Shown: piece by piece, positions 1-9,093 of the stretch
Layout: each line of letters begins with the position of its first letter
Numbering within the stretch: the stretch's first letter is position 1
Origin: a virus
Length of the DNA: 64,000 bases
Reading direction: 5' to 3' (one strand)
IMG/VR virus record: IMGVR_UViG_3300045988_132725
The notes under the pieces: generated by a model
What the model was told of the DNA's origin: nothing
What the model saw: only the letters and a program-made list of their open reading frames with translations
Databases searched by the model: none
Translations under genes and position numbers: made by a program

Positions 1-267
1 CTTTTTGACGAAAGTACCTAGTTGAGGCTCGGAAGGCTCGCTGGTTCCTATGCAGTTCGCTATGGGAGAGGCGAGGTTATAGGCGGCATTCTTTATCTTG
101 TTATTGATCACTATTTGATCCTGTTCTGGTAAACCTTCGAGAGCATCGCCTTGACTACTTTTGATACTAGCATAAAAACTTTCATACAAGTTTTTACAAA
201 CCTCTGATCCTGCCAAATCTGGCATATCAATAAGCCCTTTGTTAGGGTCTATTATCTCTTCTGCCAT
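1..267 (-). CDS. baseplate/tail-module protein, N-terminal 89 codons only (gene runs past window start)
   Basis: Uninterrupted minus-strand frame from ATG 265-267 (MAEEIIDPNKGLIDMPDLAG...) to position 1. Its ATG overlaps the TAA of the upstream gene (TAATG). Absent from the ORF track because no stop lies in the window. Confidence 0.5.
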   Translation of the reverse strand, partial: MAEEIIDPNKGLIDMPDLAGSEVCKNLYESFYASIKSSQGDALEGLPEQDQIVINNKIKNAAYNLASPIANCIGTSEPSEPQLGTFVKK

Positions 268-1070
268 TATTTTACTTTTACGGTTTGTGATAGAAATGAA
301 TTACACTCGGAGAGGAACGATGTGAAATTAGCGAGATTGATGATTGGCATCGTCCCTAGCATGGTAGGGGTGGTTATCTTTGAGCATTCGGTTATGAATT
401 TCATCATGAGGGTCACAAGCTGCGTACCCAATACCGCTGGCTCTGTCGCTCCCTCTCCGATATTTATTGTTTTCCCCTCCAGTGTTACCCCAGATGGATC
501 GATCTTTTCATACGAGCCTTCTACGGTATCCTTTATTTGGGCCTTATCGATCTCTCTTTTGGACGATCCTATCTCTGATGTTATCTTGTCGGGAGCGATG
601 GTTTGAGTGGCTGAGTCGGTCTTGTTCGAGACCATAGAGGTTATTGATGAGTTGGTATATGTGGTTTTGCTCTTGTTCCCGTCATCTTCCAATTCGTTAT
701 AGTCAACCTCATCGTTAGGAGTTTCGCTGGTGACTCCTATATTTACTTCTTTGGTTGAGATGATATTGTAGGTATCGATATGGGAGAAGGATAAGATAGA
801 GGCGTTACCGGTTCCTACCGCCCATAATACTGTCACGTCAGACTTGATGGTAGGAATAGTCATCTGGCCCTTGCTTAATCCGGGAATGGCATTCAATGGA
901 ATTTCTGGTATCCTTACCGTCCCATCCATGGAAATGAAATCTATGGTTCCTATGACTCCATTATCTCCCGGCGTATATTTGGCTACAAAGCCGTGCAATA
1001 TCATCAAGTTATTCTCCGGGGCCTGTACGATCCGTCTCAGCGCTTCTGATAGTTTGTTCTGGTCTGCCAT
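267..1070 (-). CDS. baseplate central hub/spike-like protein (weak gpV-like call)
   Basis: 267-aa ORF coupled to its neighbours, downstream of tape measure and hub genes. The beta-rich N-terminus (GVIGTIDFISMDGTVRIPEIPLNAIPG...DVTVLWAVGTGNASILSF) resembles OB-fold spike proteins by eye only. Confidence 0.4.
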   Translation of the reverse strand: MADQNKLSEALRRIVQAPENNLMILHGFVAKYTPGDNGVIGTIDFISMDGTVRIPEIPLNAIPGLSKGQMTIPTIKSDVTVLWAVGTGNASILSFSHIDTYNIISTKEVNIGVTSETPNDEVDYNELEDDGNKSKTTYTNSSITSMVSNKTDSATQTIAPDKITSEIGSSKREIDKAQIKDTVEGSYEKIDPSGVTLEGKTINIGEGATEPAVLGTQLVTLMMKFITECSKITTPTMLGTMPIINLANFTSFLSECNSFLSQTVKVK

Positions 1071-2323
1071 TATTTATCGCTTAATTTATATGGTATCTTT
1101 AATTTTTGCCTATACCCCTTTACCCCGAAAGTCGTTATTACCTCGCTTACCACGTAAGTTCCGTTTCGCTCGGGATTGAGGTTATCCGTCAGCCGTATCT
1201 TGCATCCAGCTTGTAATCCAAAATCACCGAAGATCGTAAGGTCTCCATCGATTCCGGTCTGGGATATCTCTCCGAATTTCGCTTCAGCATTCTTGATAAG
1301 AGTGTCACGGTTGACGTTATATTCATGAAAAGTACGAATATTATAAGCAGAAAGATCGATTTTGGTGTTCTTGCCGCCGTATTGGTTCGTGAGATTGTTG
1401 TTTTTGTCATATTCTGATAATAAAGTGTTCTTTAACTGGTTCTTACTTATCTTTGTCTCATTTACTACTTGAAATTTAGAGAGATCTTTAGGATCTCTTC
1501 TTATTGTAGCCTTGAACATTGAGTTGTTGGGGTACAAGGCTATCGCTTCCAAGGCGATGAGTGCTGGATCTAATTTGTGGATGGATAAATTATCCTCTGC
1601 CACGTTCTCATCAAACTCTATATCATAAGGAGTATCCGGCATGTCTTTCAGTAACGATTCAGAGGTATTGACAGAAAAGAATGTTCTGCCTATAGCTAGA
1701 TGAGGAATACCGTTATAATTTCTCATATAACACATGATACCCCATTTCTTGAACCTGTTCAATATATCCGCTGCCGTACAGCTTTGTGGATAGATAATCT
1801 GGCCTATCTCCATGTTCATCTCTTTCGTGCTGGGGTGAAGCTCTATTCCAGTGCCTTTCAGTATCGTTGGTACAAATTCATTTATCTTGGTACCTTTTGC
1901 GCTGGTTTTTATCGGATCTAGCGCTGTCTGCTTTAATATATATCCCATATCCTCACATTCAAGGGTGAAAGGATTTCCTGAAACGATAGAGGTTATGTAT
2001 CCATCGAACATCGTTTTGAGATTCTCGTCTATTCCGTAGCAAAGTTTTATATTGATACGCTTGCCTCTTTTGAACAAGCTATCCTTGTCGCCCATAAGCT
2101 TGACCTCTCTGGTTCCGAACTCGTCTTTCAAAGAGGACTTGACCGTGATCTGTCTCGTGAACTCTACGGTGGCCGAATTTATGAGTGTCTGATAGGAGTC
2201 TTTGATCTGGAGATTGACAACCTCGTTGACAGTGACCTTATTTAAGATGTTCAGTTTATCGTTAGGATCTTCGTCCCCTATTGTGATGAGACAATTCAGT
2301 ATGCTTAAGCCATGTATTTCCAT
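1070..2323 (-). CDS. tail hub / baseplate protein (late-control-D-like position)
   Basis: Track ORF is 1070..2428. The ATG at 2321-2323 (MEIHGLSILN...) overlaps the stop of the upstream gene, so the 35-codon extension is probably not translated. Confidence 0.45.
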   Translation of the reverse strand: MEIHGLSILNCLITIGDEDPNDKLNILNKVTVNEVVNLQIKDSYQTLINSATVEFTRQITVKSSLKDEFGTREVKLMGDKDSLFKRGKRINIKLCYGIDENLKTMFDGYITSIVSGNPFTLECEDMGYILKQTALDPIKTSAKGTKINEFVPTILKGTGIELHPSTKEMNMEIGQIIYPQSCTAADILNRFKKWGIMCYMRNYNGIPHLAIGRTFFSVNTSESLLKDMPDTPYDIEFDENVAEDNLSIHKLDPALIALEAIALYPNNSMFKATIRRDPKDLSKFQVVNETKISKNQLKNTLLSEYDKNNNLTNQYGGKNTKIDLSAYNIRTFHEYNVNRDTLIKNAEAKFGEISQTGIDGDLTIFGDFGLQAGCKIRLTDNLNPERNGTYVVSEVITTFGVKGYRQKLKIPYKLSDK

Positions 2324-3366
2324 TATATCCAGTTTTGTAATTGAATGAATTGTTTGGGGTTGAACTTGCGTAGATAATCCTTTAAGCTGGCCTTGGAAAC
2401 AACTTGCTCTGGGTTGGCGGCTAACCAAGCCTCACGTTTGGCGATCTCCTCTTGCATCATTTGTTTTGCGGATAAAATCTTTTGTTTCTCTCCCTCCTCA
2501 TATTTCAATGCCTCCGTATTTCTCTCGAACACTGCGTTAATCGTGTAATTCTGGACATTTGAGAATCCTATGGCTTGTGGTAAATCATAGGATAGTATTA
2601 GGATGGTATTGACCTCAAACATATCGAGGTATGGGGATTGACATGTTACCACGTCCTTATGCTTCAATATCTTTATCAAGTCCATGACCTCTTTTGTCGG
2701 ATATACGTCTTGGTAGGGACTGACTATCTTCCCGGTGATGGTGATATTATAGTCCCCTCCAGAGATATATTCCTTACGTGTGAGATCCCGACCTTGTACC
2801 TTGGTCAACAGGATATTCTTTTGCTCGGAGAGCTTGATAACCGCATGTCCATCGAAGAATTGATAATTTTCGCTTCCGTCCTTTATTTGAAGCTGTATGT
2901 AATGCCTGATAGGAGTTCCATCCAATCCTTTCTCTTGCAGTAAATTGACTGGGGTATTAGCTTCGACCAGTTTCTTGATATTGCTATCCCTGTCAAATAG
3001 ATTGTATCTGGTTTGAAGTTTGTAGTCTGGGGAACCGTTAACGATCTCATCAGCCATTCTTAATGCCGCTTGTTTTGTCCTCCAAGTAACAATACGCTCT
3101 ATGATCCTTGCTTTTTTCTGAAGGTAGGCTTTTGGGTTTCTAGCTAGATCAATGATATTGATTCGAGGGATATAGGTAAGAACCGATGATGGGTCTTTGC
3201 CTTTATATAATTCCCCCAATACCCTTTTTATGGCATGATTCTCGTAGTCCTTGGGTTTAAGTGGGGGGAGTGTTTTTTTCGATAACTCGTTGGCTACGCT
3301 TGCGAATATCCTTGGTGTTGGATTTTCAGGTTTAATCGTAGATTCTATGATACTTAGTTTTTCCAT
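2323..3366 (-). CDS. tail-module protein directly after tape measure, function not recognisable
   Basis: 347-aa ORF. Its start overlaps the tape-measure stop at 3366. Confidence 0.4.
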   Translation of the reverse strand: MEKLSIIESTIKPENPTPRIFASVANELSKKTLPPLKPKDYENHAIKRVLGELYKGKDPSSVLTYIPRINIIDLARNPKAYLQKKARIIERIVTWRTKQAALRMADEIVNGSPDYKLQTRYNLFDRDSNIKKLVEANTPVNLLQEKGLDGTPIRHYIQLQIKDGSENYQFFDGHAVIKLSEQKNILLTKVQGRDLTRKEYISGGDYNITITGKIVSPYQDVYPTKEVMDLIKILKHKDVVTCQSPYLDMFEVNTILILSYDLPQAIGFSNVQNYTINAVFERNTEALKYEEGEKQKILSAKQMMQEEIAKREAWLAANPEQVVSKASLKDYLRKFNPKQFIQLQNWI

Positions 3367-6260
3367 TAGCTGTATGATATTTCAAAATCCTTTACTGCGT
3401 CTATCATTACTTGCGTTACTTTTTCTTTGAAGGTCTCCATATCCTCTTCGTTGGTTGAGTTTACATTGATACTTCCAATGAGGGATTGGATATTGATAGT
3501 GATTATCTTGGGTTGTGTTCCGGAAGTCTTGCCTACTCCGCTATAGGCGCTATTTCCACCATTACCATTACCTCCATTTTCTGCTCCACTTGCATCTCCT
3601 TCTATTCTTATATCTTTCGTGGAGCGAAGCTCGGACATGTCAAATAAATCCTTGATATCACCTAGCGCTGAGATCAATGGATTCAAGAACCATGATTTTA
3701 CCCCAGAGTTTCTAAGTGCGGTCATTGCGGATTTGGACGTGTTCGTTGCTGCTTCCTTGTCGTTATATACGATATCGCCAGATGGCGCTATTATATGATA
3801 CCCTAGCGATTTTTGGCTTAGATCGTAACCCGTGAAATTCTTGATGAAGTCAATGGCCTCGTTGCTGCTTACAGGTAACCCACTTGCTATCTTTAGCTGA
3901 AGGTCCATGATCTCTTTTAATGAGCCAAGCCCTATATCGATGGATTTATTTACGGCCTCCGTGAATTGCTTTGTCTTGCTTTCCGTATCTGCGTTAAGTT
4001 GGTTGACGCTGTCTAATATAGTTACTCCCCTTGACCTTTCCTCATCGGTGAGATTGATATATGGACCGAAATTGTATTTGTAGGATTTCTTCTGGTTTTC
4101 CATGTCATCGATAAGATCAATATAAACCGACTTGATCTTGTCTTTCCCTAAATCCTCCATTCCAATGGATGCCATGAGATATTGGTTGGCTATTTTCGAT
4201 CCTTCCAAGTCTCCCCGTTCGGACATAGCTCTTATGTATTGCGGATAGACGCTACTTTCCCCATTGAACATCATGTTCTTTGTTCCAAGATCATATCCTA
4301 GAAAATCATAGTATTTTGTTCCAGAAAGGGCTTTCTTTGCGTTATTGTTTCCATTATCGGAGCTGTCATCGTCCTTATCCTTGAATACGGGCAGCAGATT
4401 TTCATATTCTTTCTTTATTGACTCGCTTACCGCTTGCGTTGTCTTCCCTGCCCCATATACACCTATTCCCAAAGAGGCTAAAGCGGTAACGGCTGCGGTT
4501 ACTATTGCTGGTATTCCTCCTATGGCCGCTAGCAATCCTCCTCCAATAGCAGATCCAACCCCACCGGCTCCTCCTATGGCGGTTGTCAATGCGCTAGCCC
4601 CTCTAGCGGTATTAAAAAGACCTTTTGCCATAGGAGTTATGGCCGCTACGATTTTTGATATCTTCTTGAATAGTACCCCTCCAATTACAAGATATTCTAA
4701 CCAATTCCAATTTTCGGATACCCATGTAGATACTCCAACCAATGCTTTTGTTAATGCGACCAATCCTGTGGCTACATCTTTGAACATCTGAGCTGTTCCC
4801 GGTTGCTTCAATAATAAGACCAGATCGTCCAGTCCTTCCTTGATGACAGGGTTATAAGCCTCGAACACGGTCATACCTGTTTCCGTGAACTGAGACGTGA
4901 CCTTGTCCCATTTCCCCTTGATGGTATCTTGTTTTTTGGAAGCTATGTTATCAGCCAGACCTCCGGAGTAGATTGAATTTTGTATTAATTCCGGAAGTTT
5001 CATCAACTCGGCGAATACGTTGTTAGCAGCGTTTCCACCGATTTTATCAAATAGTTTGGTCAGGTCTTGTACGCTGGCATCGTTAGACTTGAGCTGGGAG
5101 AATATGTCAAATAACGATCTTAATTTGGTCTTTCCTGTTGCCTTGTCTAGCTCATATAGCTGGATGTTGTATTTTTTCAAGACCTCAGTTCCCTTTTTTG
5201 TAGGATTCAATAATCTTGTCATCATCGCTCGTAAGGCTGTACCCGCAACCGTACCTTTCAATCCGGCGTTTCCTAGCGCCCCGATAGCGGCAGTCGCTTC
5301 ATTGAAAGAGATCTTGGCCATACTCATCATGGGAGCTGCGAATTTCATGGCTTCACCCATTTCCAATACATTGGTATTTGTGCTGGTGGTAACGCTCGTA
5401 AGGATGTCCGCTATCTGTGGCATTTTGGAGCTATCCAACCCATAAGCGGTCTGGATGTTCGTTACTATATCTGCCATCCTATCAAGTGGAGCGTCACCAA
5501 TGATAGCGAGATTGGCGATAGGTTTTATGGAATTATTGATATCCTCGATATTTAAGCCTGCCATACCTAGGTATTTGGCTGCTCCCGCAACCTCGGTCGT
5601 AGTGAACTTTGTATCGACACCAACCTTACGGATATTCTTTGACATATCAGAGAATCGCTGATCGAACGTGGTGATGTCCTTGTCCGTGGCTTTAAGGATA
5701 CTCTGCACCGTTGTCATGATATTCTCATATTCAGCTGCATCCTTTACAATACTCATGGTTCCCATACCGATAGCGGCGGCACCAATCATGTTCGGGAAAG
5801 GGAATCCTGCTGCGTACATGACATCCGCAGCCCCAAATAACCCTTTCGCCCCGCTGCCAAAGCCACGTGCAGCTCTGTTGTTGCCATTTTTAGGGACATA
5901 GTTTCTATTTTTCCTACCCGGAATAGAGGTTGTTGATCCGGTCGTGGTATTGGTCGTTTGGTTAACCTTGGTATTGATAGTGACCGTTTTTCCCTTGATC
6001 GTGTTGATGTGAGATTGAAGGTCTTTTAACTCTTTCTTTATGCCATTATCAATACTGAATTTAATCTTCTTAGGTCTTGTGCCAGTGATTCTATTGAGAC
6101 TTACAAAAGCAGCGTTGACTTTTCCAATCTCTTTTCTCAATGTTTCTAGGGAGGTTATGATGGGAGGGATAGTCCTTTGAATCGTGCTTTGAAAATCACT
6201 GATATTTTTAGAAGCTTGCGCCCCGTTGATGTCTATATTGTACCTGACGTTGTAATCCAT
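3366..6260 (-). CDS. tail tape measure protein
   Basis: 964 aa and the largest ORF of the tail block. It has a long helical Ala/Gly/Met-rich core (AAKYLGMAGL, GEAMKFAAPMM, ALGNAGLKGTVAGTALR) and a Gly-rich hydrophobic segment. It sits right after the chaperone/frameshift gene. Confidence 0.9.
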   Translation of the reverse strand: MDYNVRYNIDINGAQASKNISDFQSTIQRTIPPIITSLETLRKEIGKVNAAFVSLNRITGTRPKKIKFSIDNGIKKELKDLQSHINTIKGKTVTINTKVNQTTNTTTGSTTSIPGRKNRNYVPKNGNNRAARGFGSGAKGLFGAADVMYAAGFPFPNMIGAAAIGMGTMSIVKDAAEYENIMTTVQSILKATDKDITTFDQRFSDMSKNIRKVGVDTKFTTTEVAGAAKYLGMAGLNIEDINNSIKPIANLAIIGDAPLDRMADIVTNIQTAYGLDSSKMPQIADILTSVTTSTNTNVLEMGEAMKFAAPMMSMAKISFNEATAAIGALGNAGLKGTVAGTALRAMMTRLLNPTKKGTEVLKKYNIQLYELDKATGKTKLRSLFDIFSQLKSNDASVQDLTKLFDKIGGNAANNVFAELMKLPELIQNSIYSGGLADNIASKKQDTIKGKWDKVTSQFTETGMTVFEAYNPVIKEGLDDLVLLLKQPGTAQMFKDVATGLVALTKALVGVSTWVSENWNWLEYLVIGGVLFKKISKIVAAITPMAKGLFNTARGASALTTAIGGAGGVGSAIGGGLLAAIGGIPAIVTAAVTALASLGIGVYGAGKTTQAVSESIKKEYENLLPVFKDKDDDSSDNGNNNAKKALSGTKYYDFLGYDLGTKNMMFNGESSVYPQYIRAMSERGDLEGSKIANQYLMASIGMEDLGKDKIKSVYIDLIDDMENQKKSYKYNFGPYINLTDEERSRGVTILDSVNQLNADTESKTKQFTEAVNKSIDIGLGSLKEIMDLQLKIASGLPVSSNEAIDFIKNFTGYDLSQKSLGYHIIAPSGDIVYNDKEAATNTSKSAMTALRNSGVKSWFLNPLISALGDIKDLFDMSELRSTKDIRIEGDASGAENGGNGNGGNSAYSGVGKTSGTQPKIITINIQSLIGSINVNSTNEEDMETFKEKVTQVMIDAVKDFEISYS

Positions 6261-6320
6261 GTTATAGGCTTTGGTTATTGTTTGCTTAATAAAGAATAGC
6301 TTGAAGCGTAAAGACTTGAT

Positions 6321-6359
6321 TAAAAAAGAAAACCCCCACCGACATCACGTCGATAGGGG
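6321..6359 (-). terminator. rho-independent terminator-like hairpin between chaperone and tape measure genes
   Basis: Minus-strand RNA CCCCUAUCGAC-GUGAU-GUCGGUGGGGG followed by UUUUCUUUUUU. Two G-U pairs make the stem valid only on the minus strand. Confidence 0.5.
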
Positions 6360-6383
6360 CCTAGAGAGGAATATATAAAGTAG

Positions 6384-6931
6384 TTAAGAAAAAAGCCTAA
6401 CTGATGATGTGGCTATGACTTGGTTATGTAACCACAAAGCATCGTTGGCGATCAATGCGAAATCTTCGTCTGATATCGTGGATAGATCTACGCTGGGAAA
6501 GTAATGACGGACGAGGGCTATATATTGTCTTAGCCACTCATCACCCCTTACTTGCCAGCGATCGAGAAATTTGCGACCTTGGCTTGGCGAGAGCCAATGA
6601 TATTAACCAGTTTTGCGGACAAGCCATATAAGAACAATGAATCATCGTCCACTAGTTCCTTATCTCCTTGGATAAACGTGTCACGTGCCAATGATCGGAC
6701 GGCTGCGATCTCATCCTTCTTCTGTAATTGTGCGAACTTACTGAACGCAACGAAATCCGGTTCTCTGAAATAAGCGATATACACTTCCTTGTCATCGTAC
6801 TCGTCACCAAATACTACGATAGGATAGACTCTTTTGTTTTTCTTGGGGTCTTGTTTTCTGATTTCCTCTAAGGTTTTCTTGATAGTTTCTTCTTGTGCTA
6901 ATGTAAGCTCTTTGCTTTCTTCCATTTCCAT
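6384..6931 (-). CDS. tail assembly chaperone, -1 frameshift fusion product (gpGT-like)
   Basis: After a -1 slip at A_AAT_TTC (6566-6572) the frame stays open for about 61 codons (KFLDRWQVRGDEWLRQYIALVRHYFPSVDLSTISDEDFALIANDALWLHNQVIATSSVRLFS) to TAA at 6384-6386. Confidence 0.65.
6548..6931 (-). CDS. tail assembly chaperone (zero-frame product, gpG-like)
   Basis: 127-aa acidic ORF immediately upstream of the tape measure. It carries a slippery heptamer near its 3' end. Confidence 0.7.
   Translation of the reverse strand: MEMEESKELTLAQEETIKKTLEEIRKQDPKKNKRVYPIVVFGDEYDDKEVYIAYFREPDFVAFSKFAQLQKKDEIAAVRSLARDTFIQGDKELVDDDSLFLYGLSAKLVNIIGSRQAKVANFSIAGK
6566..6572 (-). promoter_or_regulatory. -1 programmed ribosomal frameshift slippery site A_AAU_UUC
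   Basis: Zero-frame codons are GCA AAT TTC. The heptamer fits X_XXY_YYZ and lies 6 codons before the zero-frame stop. Confidence 0.65.
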
Positions 6932-6996
6932 AATATATACTTTGTTTGGTTGTTTATGAAAGAATAGAGGGGATTTTAGAAAAAAGTTTGATTAAA

Positions 6997-7043
6997 ATAT
7001 ATCTCTTGACTAGTCATGCTGTATTCCTAATCAAGAGATATAT
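6997..7043 (-). terminator. 13-bp-stem terminator closing the glycosyltransferase moron
   Basis: ATATATCTCTTGA (6997-7009) pairs with TCAAGAGATATAT (7031-7043), 5 nt after the stop at 7049. On the minus strand it is followed by a TTTAATCAAACTTTTTT tract. Confidence 0.7.
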
Positions 7044-7048
7044 GTAGG

Positions 7049-7504
7049 TTATTTTATTTCCTTAGATATACTTAAACGATATTGAAATTCATCTACCAAT
7101 CTTTTAATGGCTTGCTCCATAGGATCTTCTATATCTAAAATATCTTTCTCGTAAATGATTTTATCAGAGATATCAGATAACATCCAAGTTCCATATGGTG
7201 CTACACATGCTGAATGGGAGAAATAGCCCGTTAACATTGTGTTATCAATAAGAACAAATGGATGGAATAAAATGGTATTACATTCAAATAGCTTGAATCT
7301 GTTTTGATCTTCAGCTTTTAAAGAATTTTTTATTGACTTAAACGCTTTGATATTAGTTCGTAATTCTATAAGTAAATCTTCTTCACTATATTCCCCTTTA
7401 CGAAGAATACCCGCATAACCATTAAAATGATCATTATGAAACTTTACTAATTCTTCAGTAGGAAAAATTACATTAACTTCTGACTTGTCGTTCTTTTGAA
7501 TCAT
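7049..7504 (-). CDS. hypothetical 151-aa protein, second gene of AT-rich moron
   Basis: ORF overlaps the 3' end of the glycosyltransferase ORF by 32 nt in another frame. No motif recognised. Confidence 0.6.
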   Translation of the reverse strand: MIQKNDKSEVNVIFPTEELVKFHNDHFNGYAGILRKGEYSEEDLLIELRTNIKAFKSIKNSLKAEDQNRFKLFECNTILFHPFVLIDNTMLTGYFSHSACVAPYGTWMLSDISDKIIYEKDILDIEDPMEQAIKRLVDEFQYRLSISKEIK

Positions 7505-8900
7505 TCTCTTGCAAGTAATCTCCTGTTTTAGAATAATAAGGATAGATTATTGCGTCTAACCATATCCGTTTACAAGCTTTTTTCAATAAATGTGTTGAAC
7601 CATAGTTCTCATGCGGTGTAACTACTTTTATCATATATCTAGAATTTAAAGGTTTTACAATTTCTTTTTCTCCAATATCACAGAGGAAACTTATGCAGAT
7701 TTTTTTCCAGCTATATTTTTTTGTTAGCATTTTTTTTAGGGATGTAGCATATTCTTTCCATTTTGATTGTTGATTATTGATAGTTTTAATGGCTTCACTG
7801 ACATTTTCCAAGTCTTGTTGCGAAAATATTGTTTTTCCATCTCCTTTTATTTCTATTGGGTATACATATTTAGCGGCTTGGTTGGCAAAACTATCATCTA
7901 AAAATTCATATAAACCAGAATTTTTGGAAACAACCAAAGGAATACCAGCAGCAATAGCTTCCCAGCCAGCTAAACCAAAACCTTCATGGATAGAAAGCAT
8001 AAGTGCGACAGTACTTCGTTTTAGCAAAGTAAAAATTTCTTCTCGATCCTCCTTATATGGGACTATATTATACAACGATTGACCTTCTCCAAGATTAAAA
8101 ATGTTTAATTGACTTGAAATATGATTTTTAATATCTTGAATCTTTGATTTATCAAGATCTTTTTCTAATCCTACTAGTTCTACTTTAGAGTCGTGATAGA
8201 AAGCTCCTTCTCCACATTCTAGAATAGCTTTCTTTAAAGCGCAAACCGTTAGGCTAAATAATTTAATATAGTCTGTGTTATATTCTAGTCTGCCTGTACA
8301 TACCCCTATAAATTTATTAGGTAATTTTTGATTGCTTTTAATTTCAGGCAATCCCGGTATGAACATCTTACATTTGCTTTTCTGTTCATCATCTACAAGA
8401 TCCATTGCTGATTTATACAATTTAGGACCTACACCAAAAATAATATCGGCATTACTAAATATTATTTCTTGCCTTGATTTTTTATAAGATGATTTGTAAG
8501 GGTCAAAATTAATTTTAAACGGTTCATAGCTTTCATATGACATATGATGGAAAGCTATGAATTTACTGTTATACTCTGATTGAAACTTACATTCATAGGC
8601 AATTTTTCCTGAAATTACATCATGCCCAATAAAGTAGTTCTTAGCATCTTCTCCATTAATAGATTTTAGAATGAATGGAACAAAGGCATCACTAAACTCT
8701 TGTGACTTTAGGTTTATAATTTTAATACCTTTGCCTTCTGCGTCTTCTAATCCTGCTTTGTCTATATTTAATACTACACAATAAAGAGATAGATCTTCCA
8801 AATCCAATTTTGCTAGCGAACACAGTAAATCATAATTGAAAGAATTTATGCCTCCTTTTTGAGTACCCCATGAGTCTGTCAAAGAAATAATGTTAACCAT
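7473..8900 (-). CDS. GT-B fold glycosyltransferase (family-4-like) with about 70-aa C-terminal extension
   Basis: Contains the E-x7-E region HEGFGLAGWEAIAAGIPLVVSKNSGLYEFL and the N-terminal MVNIISLTDSWGTQKGGINSFNYDL. Track ORF starts at 8954, but a TATATTTG -7 box lies inside that extension, so the ATG at 8898-8900 is preferred. Confidence 0.75.
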   Translation of the reverse strand: MVNIISLTDSWGTQKGGINSFNYDLLCSLAKLDLEDLSLYCVVLNIDKAGLEDAEGKGIKIINLKSQEFSDAFVPFILKSINGEDAKNYFIGHDVISGKIAYECKFQSEYNSKFIAFHHMSYESYEPFKINFDPYKSSYKKSRQEIIFSNADIIFGVGPKLYKSAMDLVDDEQKSKCKMFIPGLPEIKSNQKLPNKFIGVCTGRLEYNTDYIKLFSLTVCALKKAILECGEGAFYHDSKVELVGLEKDLDKSKIQDIKNHISSQLNIFNLGEGQSLYNIVPYKEDREEIFTLLKRSTVALMLSIHEGFGLAGWEAIAAGIPLVVSKNSGLYEFLDDSFANQAAKYVYPIEIKGDGKTIFSQQDLENVSEAIKTINNQQSKWKEYATSLKKMLTKKYSWKKICISFLCDIGEKEIVKPLNSRYMIKVVTPHENYGSTHLLKKACKRIWLDAIIYPYYSKTGDYLQENDSKERQVRS

Positions 8901-8922
8901 GATACTTAGATTTAAGAATAAA

Positions 8923-8930
8923 CAAATATA
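8923..8930 (-). promoter_or_regulatory. Bacteroidota-type -7 promoter box (TATATTTG) for the moron
   Basis: Plus-strand CAAATATA equals minus-strand TAtaTTTG, 22 nt upstream of the ATG at 8900 and downstream of the tube-gene terminator. Confidence 0.5.
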
Positions 8931-9042
8931 GTGAATAGATGATAGATTATCCATGAATTTTCATTTATTCGACATGGTTATGTTTTATAACATGGAAATT
9001 TGTTTTGTTTATAGATTTGTAGTCTATCAGAGGGTTATAAAT

Positions 9043-9076
9043 AAAAAAAGGGGAAACAAAGTATATCTGTTTCCCC
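9043..9076 (-). terminator. rho-independent terminator after tail tube gene
   Basis: GGGGAAACA (9050-9058) pairs with TGTTTCCCC (9068-9076). On the minus strand it is followed by TTTTTTTAT. Confidence 0.75.
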
Positions 9077-9093
9077 TTAATCTACTATTATAA

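Noticed and set aside
4345-5901. Plus-strand ORFs of 68-148 aa inside the tape measure gene (4345..4791, 5020..5445, 5455..5661, 5668..5901). Similar antisense ORFs lie inside sheath, protease, fibre and portal genes.
   Set aside because: They are shadow ORFs of long, well-supported minus-strand genes. Their low-complexity Pro/Ala/Ser/Ile composition mirrors the sense-strand codons, and none has start-site context.
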